Assembly: GCA_965267345.1 (NCBI GenBank)
Contig: OZ253947.1
Span: forward strand, 266,814 to 330,813
Source: Minisyncoccota bacterium
GTDB lineage: Bacteria; Patescibacteriota; Minisyncoccia; Phycocordibacterales; UBA2100
Reading direction: 5' to 3'
Length of the DNA: 64,000 nt
Translations under genes and position numbers: made by a program
Notes under the pieces: generated by a model
Database searches by the model: none
What the model was told of the DNA's origin: nothing
The model's input: the letters and a program-made list of their open reading frames with translations, nothing else
Shown here: positions 30,195 through 38,231 of the stretch, piece by piece
Layout: every line of letters begins with the position of its first letter
Position numbering within the stretch: the stretch's first letter is position 1

Positions 30195-31184
30195 ATGGCA
30201 CGCATCCATGTTGGTGTTTTGCGGGGTGGACCTTCACGCGAGTACGACGTATCGCTCGCGAGTGGGGCTGCCGTACTCAAACACCTCGCGGATGACCGCT
30301 ACGGAACCAAGGATATTTTTATCGACCGAAATGGGCGCTGGCATGTACGCGGCATGCCGACGGATCCGGGACGAGCACTACGCGATGTCGACGTGGTGTT
30401 CAATGCACTCCACGGTGAATATGGTGAGGACGGTACCGTACAACGTATTCTCGAGTCCCACAGCGTACCATATACCGGCTCGGGCGTATTCAGCTCGGCA
30501 CTGGCAATGGACAAGGGGCGCACGCGCAGCCACGTGGGCTCAATTCCGCACGTGAAAATGCCCGGATCAATCGTGGTGCAAAAAGAAAAAATCGGTGATG
30601 GCTTTGCGCTGACGGCGAACAATATTTTTGCCAAATTCGGTCCGCCGTACATTGTTAAGCCATTGCGTGGTGGCTCGTCGGTCGGGCTGCGTGTGGTGCA
30701 CAGCGTTGCTGAGTTGCCACCGGCACTGTTTGATGCACTTGAGGAAACGGATGCAGTCATCGTTGAGCAGTACATTCGCGGGCGTGAGGCAACCGTGGGT
30801 GTTGTTGAACAATTGCGTGATGACCCGCTGTACCGACTGCCACCAATTGAAATTGTATTGCCTAAATCATGTACCGCGTTCGACTACACTGCAAAATACA
30901 GCGGCACCACTGAGGAGGTTTGTCCTGCAAACTTTACGCATGAGCAAAAAGAGCAACTGCAGGACGCGGCACGGCACATCCATCAGTCACTCGGGCTCCG
31001 GCACTACTCGCGCTCTGATTTTATCGTTACGCCACATGGTATATACTTCCTAGAGGTGAATACGTTACCCGGACTCACCCCTTCATCACTTCTTCCGAAG
31101 TCACTTGATGCAGTTGGGGTGCGGTTTCCGGAGTTTCTTGATCACGTCATTACCATTGCCCGTAATCCACAAAAACGTATATGA
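30195..31184 (+). CDS. ddl: D-alanine--D-alanine ligase
   Basis: ATP-grasp fold, HG.YGEDG, FLEVNTLPG. Confidence 0.9.
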   Translation: MARIHVGVLRGGPSREYDVSLASGAAVLKHLADDRYGTKDIFIDRNGRWHVRGMPTDPGRALRDVDVVFNALHGEYGEDGTVQRILESHSVPYTGSGVFSSALAMDKGRTRSHVGSIPHVKMPGSIVVQKEKIGDGFALTANNIFAKFGPPYIVKPLRGGSSVGLRVVHSVAELPPALFDALEETDAVIVEQYIRGREATVGVVEQLRDDPLYRLPPIEIVLPKSCTAFDYTAKYSGTTEEVCPANFTHEQKEQLQDAARHIHQSLGLRHYSRSDFIVTPHGIYFLEVNTLPGLTPSSLLPKSLDAVGVRFPEFLDHVITIARNPQKRI

Positions 31185-31462
31185 CGACTGACATCAACAC
31201 ATTTACATCACAGCATCCTCGCTGGGCGCACGACGAGGCGGCGAACGAACTCGTCGGTGTCTACGGTTTCGATGCGTACAGCGACGCCGTTAAGTTTGCC
31301 ACGAATGTTGCGAGTATCGCTGAAGAGCATAATCACCATCCGCGAATTGTGCTTGAGTACGGTTCAGTAACCGTGGCAAGTACCACACACGACGAAGAAG
31401 ATACGGTAACGGAAAAAGATGTTGTACTGGCAGCTGCTATTGAAGAACAAGCAGACCACTAG
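31181..31462 (+). CDS. phhB: pterin-4a-carbinolamine dehydratase
   Basis: EHNHHP motif; 93 aa; overlaps ddl stop. Confidence 0.8.
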   Translation: MTTDINTFTSQHPRWAHDEAANELVGVYGFDAYSDAVKFATNVASIAEEHNHHPRIVLEYGSVTVASTTHDEEDTVTEKDVVLAAAIEEQADH

Positions 31463-31500
31463 TTGTGTTTTTGTAAACTGTTGGTACAATATCCCGCGTT

Positions 31501-31574
31501 GGGCCTGTAGCTCAGTTGGCTAGAGCACCTGTTTTGCACTCAGGAGGTCGCTGGTTCGAGTCCAGTCAGGTCCA
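31501..31574 (+). tRNA. tRNA-Ala (anticodon UGC)
   Basis: Hand-folded: G3-U70 identity pair, D arm GCTC-AGTTGGCTA-GAGC, anticodon loop TTTGCAC, T arm GCTGG-TTCGAGT-CCAGT, discriminator A. Confidence 0.9.
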
Positions 31575-31585
31575 CATAGACGTCA

Positions 31586-31616
31586 AAAACTCCAGCAGGG
31601 AATGCTGGAGTTTTTG
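31586..31616 (+). terminator. intrinsic terminator AAAAACTCCAGCA-GGGAA-TGCTGGAGTTTTT
   Basis: perfect 9 bp stem plus T5 immediately after tRNA-Ala. Confidence 0.8.
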
Positions 31617-31689
31617 TGTATATACATCTGGTGCTTGTACCGACATCGGCGCTCACGTATGATACCTCTATACTCGTAATTTATACGTT

Positions 31690-31830
31690 ATGGACGCATT
31701 ACCATACATTTTACATTGGGGGTCGCCACTTGGTTTGGCACTCTTCTTTTTCTTTATGGGCGCCGGTGCGGGCATTTTCTTTTGGGGTGTATCACACGTA
31801 AAGGAACGGTCTCCGAACGAGGAACGATAA
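31690..31830 (+). CDS. possible small hydrophobic membrane peptide (46 aa)
   Basis: MDALPYILHWGSPLGLALFFFFMGAGAGIFFWGVSHVKERSPNEER; ends 3 nt before the monooxygenase gene; weak. Confidence 0.25.
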   Translation: MDALPYILHWGSPLGLALFFFFMGAGAGIFFWGVSHVKERSPNEER

Positions 31831-31833
31831 TCT

Positions 31834-32907
31834 ATGCGGGTACTCGTCGTCGGTGCAGGACCAACCGGACTTACGGCTGCGCTTGAATTGGCGCGGCACG
31901 GGATACTGCCTGACATTGTTGATGCTAAAGAAGCACCATCGTGGAAATCCCGAGCCGTGGCGATTTTGCCGCGCAGTATTGAAATATTGAATCGCACAGG
32001 TGTTGGCGACCGCTTGGTTGCCGAAGGTATGCCATTAACGCGTGCCCGTATTCACCGTGGAAAGCGGCGTCTTTTGGATATCGATATGGCCGAAATTGCG
32101 GGTCAGTCGCCGCGGATCATTGGACTTGCACAAGATCGAACCGAAAAACTTATGAGTGAGCAGTTGGCGCACATGGGTGTGTCGGTGAAATATGCCACTC
32201 GCGTACAGTCAGTGAGCACATCACCGGCGTCAGCCGAAGTGGTGTTTAGCGACGGGGCAGTAGAAACCTACGATTGGATTATTGGTGCTGATGGAGTTGG
32301 ATCGACTGTTCGCGACTCACTCGGCATTGGCTACGCAGGACAGGAACTCAGCGAGGAGTGGTCAATTGCCGACGTCGAACTCGAGGATGAGTGTGACTAC
32401 ACCACCATGAATGCGTGGCTATTGCAGAGTGAACGAGGCGAACGGGATGCAATGGTGATGGTTCCAATTGAGCGTAATCGGGTACGTTTGATTTCGTCAA
32501 CACTCGACAGCTTGGCTGCAGTACCAATTACGCTTGATGTGAAAGCAGTGCGACGAACAGGGACATTTAAAATAAGTGTGCGACAGGCTGATGCATATGT
32601 GCGAGGACGCGTGCTGCTTGCCGGTGATGCAGCACATGCACATTCGCCTGTTGGTGGGCGCGGGATGAATTTAGGTATCGAAGATGCGCAGGCAGCTGTT
32701 GCTGCACTGATGCACAATACCCTGCAGCAGTATGAAAAAGAGCGCAAACACAAAGCAAAACGTACCATCCAAGGCACTGAGCTTGCACGCAAACTAGTCA
32801 CATCAGACAACCCGTTCATCGTTGTCGGTATCTACGTTGCAACATGGTGTATACAGCACATTGGCTTCCTCCGTCGTACTTTTATGATGCGAATTACAAC
32901 GTTATAG
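31834..32907 (+). CDS. FAD-dependent monooxygenase (aromatic-ring hydroxylase-like)
   Basis: VLVVGAGPTGLTAALELARHG, DG..S..R, GDAAH..P..G.G.N fingerprint. Confidence 0.8.
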   Translation: MRVLVVGAGPTGLTAALELARHGILPDIVDAKEAPSWKSRAVAILPRSIEILNRTGVGDRLVAEGMPLTRARIHRGKRRLLDIDMAEIAGQSPRIIGLAQDRTEKLMSEQLAHMGVSVKYATRVQSVSTSPASAEVVFSDGAVETYDWIIGADGVGSTVRDSLGIGYAGQELSEEWSIADVELEDECDYTTMNAWLLQSERGERDAMVMVPIERNRVRLISSTLDSLAAVPITLDVKAVRRTGTFKISVRQADAYVRGRVLLAGDAAHAHSPVGGRGMNLGIEDAQAAVAALMHNTLQQYEKERKHKAKRTIQGTELARKLVTSDNPFIVVGIYVATWCIQHIGFLRRTFMMRITTL

Positions 32908-32990
32908 AGAGTGTCGAGCTATTCGATTTTCACAGTGAAAGAAAGCTTCAAGTAGTGCGTCTACACAGATAGAAGCACTAATATACATAT

Positions 32991-33413
32991 ATGAATTCAA
33001 AGAAAATTCTCATACTCACACTCTGCGCAGCTGTTGTCGCAGGTGCGTGGTGGTATTTGGACACGCGGAACACAGCAGGTGGCAGTATGCTGCCCGTTGA
33101 TCAACGCCCTAACGCAGGACCGTCGACTGATGACGGCGGCGAGCAACGTACCGTGCGCGGTACCATCACGGAAATTGATACCGACGGCATCATGCTTGAT
33201 GGGCCGTATGTCATTAACATTGCTGCCGAAAACGGGGCACGTACACGCATAGAGATTCCGTCGATGGGTATTAATCTTTGCCCCGCACAAGATGCAATCG
33301 CGGGCATTGATACACTTGCTGTCGGACAGACTATTGAGGTGCGCGGGTACGCTTCGGGGAGTGCACTCGTGCCGTGCGAACGTGCTGACCACTATCTGCG
33401 CGTTATTGAGTAG
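32991..33413 (+). CDS. hypothetical secreted/membrane-anchored protein (140 aa)
   Basis: signal-anchor MNSKKILILTLCAAVVAGAWWYL; no family recognised. Confidence 0.5.
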   Translation: MNSKKILILTLCAAVVAGAWWYLDTRNTAGGSMLPVDQRPNAGPSTDDGGEQRTVRGTITEIDTDGIMLDGPYVINIAAENGARTRIEIPSMGINLCPAQDAIAGIDTLAVGQTIEVRGYASGSALVPCERADHYLRVIE

Positions 33414-33590
33414 TATTGCACAGGGATCGTTCCGCTCCGTGCTAAATAGCGCACAGTTGCGAGGTGTTTTGGCACAAAAACGCGGATACTACCAACAAAA
33501 TAAAGTCAAATGCGGCTATCCAGAGGGGTATTTGCAAAATTTGTGGCTGTGCTAGCATCGTATACAGACTTACAAGAATAATGAAAGGTT

Positions 33591-33659
33591 ATGGACGAGA
33601 ACACACAGAACACCGAAGAAAGTACCGAAGAAGAAGGTACTGAAGAAGCGGGTGAGTAA
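33591..33659 (+). CDS. acidic micro-ORF (22 aa: MDENTQNTEESTEEEGTEEAGE), possibly the coding part of a small RNA
   Basis: SD-like AAAGG 5 nt upstream; followed 15 nt later by a textbook terminator. Confidence 0.25.
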   Translation: MDENTQNTEESTEEEGTEEAGE

Positions 33660-33673
33660 CCATCCTCTTACAC

Positions 33674-33704
33674 AAAAACACCCCGCGCGAGCGGGGTGTT
33701 TTTG
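33674..33704 (+). terminator. intrinsic terminator AACACCCCGCGC-GA-GCGGGGTGTTTTT
   Basis: 11 bp GC-rich stem plus T5. Confidence 0.8.
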
Positions 33705-33727
33705 TGTGCGTGCGCTATCCCCAGACA

Positions 33728-33747
33728 ATGTAAAGTGAACTTTACAT
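33728..33747. promoter_or_regulatory. inverted repeat ATGTAAAGT-GA-ACTTTACAT, candidate operator of the downstream XRE repressor
   Basis: perfect 9 bp arms, 35 nt upstream of the XRE start. Confidence 0.4.
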
Positions 33748-33781
33748 GCGTGCAGGGCGGCGTATACTGCAGTGTACATGT

Positions 33782-33997
33782 ATGACCGATACCACTGGGA
33801 CACTCGTTACCTATCTCCGCGACGTGCGTACGCACGCAGCAATGACACAGGAGCAACTTGCCGACGCCGCCGGCGTAACGCGACAAACGATTATTTCCAT
33901 CGAACGGGGCAACTATACTCCGTCAGTGGCACTGGCACTGCGGCTCGCACGCATTTTCAATGTGTCAGTTGAAGATATTTTTGCCTATGAAGGATAA
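33782..33997 (+). CDS. XRE-family helix-turn-helix transcriptional regulator
   Basis: MTQEQLADAAGVTRQTIISIERGNYTPSVALALRLARIFNVSVEDIF; 71 aa. Confidence 0.75.
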   Translation: MTDTTGTLVTYLRDVRTHAAMTQEQLADAAGVTRQTIISIERGNYTPSVALALRLARIFNVSVEDIFAYEG

Positions 33998-34358
33998 CCG
34001 CACCATTTCTGAAATAAGCGTCAGCGCCATACTCGCAGCGCTCGTTGCCGTCGTGGTATTTGCACATACCGCGTGGATGCCCAGCATGCTGACGATGACC
34101 ATTTTGACCCTCCTTGTTGCCGCCTTTTCCGCATTTGCGGTATTTGTGTGGCGCGAATCGAATGCCGATGAGCGCGAACAGCTCATTCAGCACGTGGCCT
34201 CGCGCAGTGCCTATTTGGCAACGGGGGCGGTCTTACTTATTGGTATCGTCGCAGAGACACTCATGTATGAGAGTGCGGGTCCGTGGCTCGGTTTTGCGCT
34301 TCTTGTCATGATTGCGGCGAAAATTATTGGACACGTCTACGGGCGTAATAAATATTAA
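33987..34358 (+). CDS. hypothetical integral membrane protein (3-4 TM), translationally coupled to the XRE regulator
   Basis: ATG overlaps the XRE stop by 11 nt; hydrophobic helices. Confidence 0.6.
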   Translation: MKDNRTISEISVSAILAALVAVVVFAHTAWMPSMLTMTILTLLVAAFSAFAVFVWRESNADEREQLIQHVASRSAYLATGAVLLIGIVAETLMYESAGPWLGFALLVMIAAKIIGHVYGRNKY

Positions 34359-34363
34359 GTTGT

Positions 34364-34990
34364 ATGAAGTATCACAAAGGAAATAGTGGTGTTGGCATCG
34401 CCATCGCGGTGGGCATTGTTGTCATCGCCGGTATTGCGCTGTTTTGGTACAGCGGCGGCCTCATGGACACTGATGATGCGATAAAGGCCGGTGAAGAGAA
34501 TATGATGGTTGAAGACGACCATATGATGGATGATGGTGGCGCTATGGAGAAAGAGGACGGCGCTATGATGGAAGCTGAAGGCGACGTCATGATGAAGGGT
34601 GAGACGAACGCGTCTTTTAGGAGCGCGGTCATTGCGGGCTCAAGTGCACCTTTGCTTGAGTTTGACCAGCGCGATTATGAAGCCGCGCTTGCGAGTGACA
34701 AGCTCGTTGTTCTGTACTTTTACGCAAACTGGTGTCCGTTGTGTCGAGAAGAGTTTGTGCACACACAAGAAGCGTTTGATCAACTGACGACTGATGCCGT
34801 TGTTGGATTTCGCGTGCACTACAATGACAGTGACGTGACACCGGCACAGGAACAGGTAGCGCGTGAGTACGGCGTTGCATATCAGCACACAAAGGTCTTT
34901 ATCAAAGACGGTGAGCGTATCTTGAAGTCGCCTGAACAATGGGATGCAGTACGCTACCTCGCCGAAATTAACGCCGCAGTGGCACAGTAA
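34364..34990 (+). CDS. membrane-anchored thioredoxin-like protein with Met/Asp-rich repeat segment
   Basis: TM helix; MMVEDDHMMDDGGAMEKEDGAMMEAEGDVMMKGE; Trx fold with WCPLC active site. Confidence 0.7.
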   Translation: MKYHKGNSGVGIAIAVGIVVIAGIALFWYSGGLMDTDDAIKAGEENMMVEDDHMMDDGGAMEKEDGAMMEAEGDVMMKGETNASFRSAVIAGSSAPLLEFDQRDYEAALASDKLVVLYFYANWCPLCREEFVHTQEAFDQLTTDAVVGFRVHYNDSDVTPAQEQVAREYGVAYQHTKVFIKDGERILKSPEQWDAVRYLAEINAAVAQ

Positions 34991-34996
34991 CTCTAT

Positions 34997-35707
34997 ATGC
35001 TTGGTTCAGAAATTTCACTAGTTGTTGCGTTTATCGGCGGCGTGGTGTCATTCTTGTCGCCATGCGTGTTGCCAATCATTCCCGGCTTTTTAGCCTATCT
35101 CGCAGGTACCTCAACGCAGGGCGAGGTACGTCGTACGCAAGTGCTTCTCCACAGCGCACTGTTTGTGCTCGGCTTTTCGCTCATTTTTGCGCTGTTGGGC
35201 GTACTCCTCAACACGGTACTTGAACGTGCTGCGTATGACGTGCAGATCTGGCTCTCACGTGTCGGTGGCGTCATCATAATCTTCTTCGGACTCTACCTGA
35301 TGCAGCTGGTGCGCCTGCCATTTCTTGAGCGGGCACACACCATTAACGTCGTTGGCGTTGCTGCTTCGAAGTACGTTACCTCATTCCTGTTTGGTGCAGC
35401 ATTCGCTGCAGGGTGGACTCCCTGCGTTGGCGCAGCACTGGGAGCAATTTTGGGTCTTGCGGCAAGTAACCCAAGCAGCGCGTTCTGGTTGCTGATGGCC
35501 TACGCGATTGGACTCGGTATTCCGTTCCTTGTCATCGGCTTCTTTGCCGCGGACGCAGGACGGCTCATCAATCGCTATGCAACATCGCTCAAGTACGTCA
35601 ATATCGTATTTGGTGCGCTACTCGTTGCACTCGGCGTACTGATCTTCACGCAGGATTTGGCGCTTTTGGCGAACTTTGGCTTCCTTAACAGCATTCTGCT
35701 TAACTAG
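34997..35707 (+). CDS. ccdA: cytochrome c-type biogenesis / thiol-disulfide transporter CcdA (DsbD beta-domain family)
   Basis: FLSPCVLPIIPGFL and GWTPCVGAALG conserved Cys motifs; 6 TM. Confidence 0.85.
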   Translation: MLGSEISLVVAFIGGVVSFLSPCVLPIIPGFLAYLAGTSTQGEVRRTQVLLHSALFVLGFSLIFALLGVLLNTVLERAAYDVQIWLSRVGGVIIIFFGLYLMQLVRLPFLERAHTINVVGVAASKYVTSFLFGAAFAAGWTPCVGAALGAILGLAASNPSSAFWLLMAYAIGLGIPFLVIGFFAADAGRLINRYATSLKYVNIVFGALLVALGVLIFTQDLALLANFGFLNSILLN

Positions 35708-35712
35708 ACTGT

Positions 35713-36855
35713 ATGTTGTTTATGCGAAGCAAAACGTTTGCACTTGGTGTTGTCGTCGTGCTCATTGTTGGCGCCATTGTCTATCTACAGAGCCAGAAGA
35801 GCGCTGTGTCACCGAGTGAAGCATCTCGGGATGCCGAGATCGTCGTCCCGAGCCTCACTGATGCTGAAAAAGCGCAGCGGTACGATCGTGCGCGCGAACT
35901 CGTCGACATTGCAGGCTACATCAATACCGACAGTGGCTTTACCCTTGCCGACAACATTGGCGAGAAGGTGATCCTATTGGATATATGGACATACAGCTGC
36001 ATTAACTGCCAGCGGACACTGCCGTATATCACACAGTGGCATACGCAGTATGAAGACGACGGTTTATTGATTGTCGGCGTACACACCCCCGAGTTTGAGT
36101 TCGAAAAGGATCGGGACAACGTCCTGCGTGCTACCGAAAAGTTTGGTATCGACTACCCAGTTGTGCTCGACAATAACTACGGTACGTGGCACGCGTACAA
36201 TAACCGTTACTGGCCACGCAAGTACCTCATTGATATCGAAGGCTACGTCGTCTACGACCACATTGGCGAAGGTGCCTATGCGGAGACCGAGCAGAAAATC
36301 CGTGAGCTACTCGCCGAACGTGCCGAGCAGCTCGATGTACCGCTCTCGTTTAACGATGAGATGCCGATGGTCACTGAGGAGTCTGACGACGATGCCGGTA
36401 TCAGCGCACTCTTACCGCGGAGCCCTGAGGTGTACTTTGGTGCATTTCGTAATCAGCTTCTGGCCAATGGTGATCCCGGTATGCAGGGCGGGTTCCAACT
36501 TAAAGCGAACGCCGATGATGTGGAGTCAAATATGCTCTATCTGGACGGTGCGTGGAACATCTACCGTGAATACGCGCAAAATGCCCGTGCCGATGCACGC
36601 ATTATCTTCCGCTATCAAGGTGATAAGGTGTTTATGGTCGCCAGTGCGCCTGAGGGTGCAACGATACGCCTGTTGCGCGACGGTGAGCCTATTGGCGACG
36701 CAGCCGGTGCAGATGTTGATGAGAATGGACGCGTACGTATTACCGATGAGCAGCTCTACCATCTCGTCGATAATCCCGACGGCCACGGTGAGCACACGCT
36801 TGAGATCATTATCGAAGATGCCGGTCTTGAGGCGTACACCTTTACCTTCGGCTAG
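35713..36855 (+). CDS. TlpA/ResA-like periplasmic thiol-disulfide oxidoreductase with C-terminal beta-sandwich domain (split DipZ-like architecture)
   Basis: signal anchor; WTYSCINCQ active site; ~190 aa C-terminal extension as in the mycobacterial DipZ C-domain. Confidence 0.75.
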   Translation: MLFMRSKTFALGVVVVLIVGAIVYLQSQKSAVSPSEASRDAEIVVPSLTDAEKAQRYDRARELVDIAGYINTDSGFTLADNIGEKVILLDIWTYSCINCQRTLPYITQWHTQYEDDGLLIVGVHTPEFEFEKDRDNVLRATEKFGIDYPVVLDNNYGTWHAYNNRYWPRKYLIDIEGYVVYDHIGEGAYAETEQKIRELLAERAEQLDVPLSFNDEMPMVTEESDDDAGISALLPRSPEVYFGAFRNQLLANGDPGMQGGFQLKANADDVESNMLYLDGAWNIYREYAQNARADARIIFRYQGDKVFMVASAPEGATIRLLRDGEPIGDAAGADVDENGRVRITDEQLYHLVDNPDGHGEHTLEIIIEDAGLEAYTFTFG

Positions 36856-37015
36856 ACATCAATCACGAATTCCCGATCACAAAACGCTCACCACGCACGG
36901 TAGGTGTTTTGTGTAACTCCGCATAGTAATGCTAGGCACTCGTGCCGTATTTGCTATACTTGGGGCACGCACACTACACACAATCCAACACATTATTCAC
37001 GTAGCGTTATTCACT

Positions 37016-37489
37016 ATGAATACACCATTTCTTGAACAGTACGGTGCCGTTCTGGCGCGCGTCCTTATCGCGCTGCTGTTCTTTGTTTCAGGTATTGGCA
37101 TTCTTATGAATCTGGGTGGCACTGCCGGCTACTACGCATCGCTCGGCATTCCCGTTGCAATGGCGGTGGCGGTTGTTGTCGTACTGCTTAAAATCGTTGG
37201 CAGTCTGATGGTCGCCACAGGCGTCCACGCGCGCGTTGCTGCGTGGGGACTAATCGTCTTCACGGTGCTTGCCACACTCCTCGCGCACACCGGTGAGGGA
37301 CAGCTGATGGCTGCACTGAAGAATCTTTCGGTCATTGGCGGGTTGCTATTGGTTGCCCTTGGTGCCGCAGACACCATGACCCTTGAGAAGTACCTGCCGT
37401 GGCAAAAGTCGCACACAGAGAGCAGCCCAATGGCGGCAAGCGACACACCCCAGAGCGATACGAACATTCCAGACGCCGATCGCGTGTAG
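37016..37489 (+). CDS. DoxX family membrane protein
   Basis: four TM helices, LIALLFFVSGIGIL / KIVGSLMVATG typical DoxX; start at the internal Met 37016 (track ORF begins 36929). Confidence 0.7.
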   Translation: MNTPFLEQYGAVLARVLIALLFFVSGIGILMNLGGTAGYYASLGIPVAMAVAVVVVLLKIVGSLMVATGVHARVAAWGLIVFTVLATLLAHTGEGQLMAALKNLSVIGGLLLVALGAADTMTLEKYLPWQKSHTESSPMAASDTPQSDTNIPDADRV

Positions 37490-37558
37490 AGCACCCGTGC
37501 ATATCAACAGGAAAAGGCACCGCACAACTGGTGCCTTTTCATATGCTACTATAGCGGT

Positions 37559-38032
37559 ATGAATGAACTTCCAAAGGATCAAGCGCTCTGGAATGCAGTA
37601 TTTGCTATCGCCTTCATCGGCATCGCCGTGGTGCTATTCTGGGGCCTTACGGACGGCTTACGTCACTACCACTGGCTCTACTTTCTTAATGCATTCGACA
37701 TCGCCATCATTTCACTGGCAACATTTCGCATTATTCGCTTGGTCAGCTACGATAAAATCTTTGCCTTTGTCCGCAATTGGTTTGTGGTACGCCAACCTGA
37801 TGGTAGTTATGCAAAGCAGGGCGGGGGACCACGCCGCACCATTGCCGAGCTTCTTGAGTGTTTGTGGTGTACGGGGTTGTGGGCCACGCTCTTGGTAACT
37901 ACGCTGTACTTTGGCGCAGATATCGGCCGCTTCATCGTGATCATACTGGCAGTTGCTGCAATCGGTAGCTTTTTGCAGAATTTTTCACAACTCGTATCGC
38001 GCCTCGGCACACACCACCACGGGCAGCAGTAA
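37559..38032 (+). CDS. DUF1360-like membrane protein
   Basis: FDIAIISLATFRIIRLVSYDKIF...LLECLWCTGLWAT pattern. Confidence 0.5.
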   Translation: MNELPKDQALWNAVFAIAFIGIAVVLFWGLTDGLRHYHWLYFLNAFDIAIISLATFRIIRLVSYDKIFAFVRNWFVVRQPDGSYAKQGGGPRRTIAELLECLWCTGLWATLLVTTLYFGADIGRFIVIILAVAAIGSFLQNFSQLVSRLGTHHHGQQ

Positions 38033-38231
38033 CGGCTGCAACCTCTCACGGACATTTTTGTACGCAGTTACGCGTCAAAATGGCGTATTGTGTCCTTTAG
38101 AATTACGGTGTGCTCGGGGAAATATGGCTCTGTTGACAGCCAGAGCGCTGCGCCATAGAATGCGTGGTAGGTATTTCGCTCCTTTTTTGTTTTTCCACGA
38201 CTCGTGGCTATTTTGATCTAGATATTTACAT

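Noticed and set aside
36071-36916. 281 aa Ser/Thr-rich ORF overlapping the TlpA-like gene in another frame
   Set aside because: Same-strand alternative frame of a gene with clear thioredoxin motifs. Low-complexity translation artefact.
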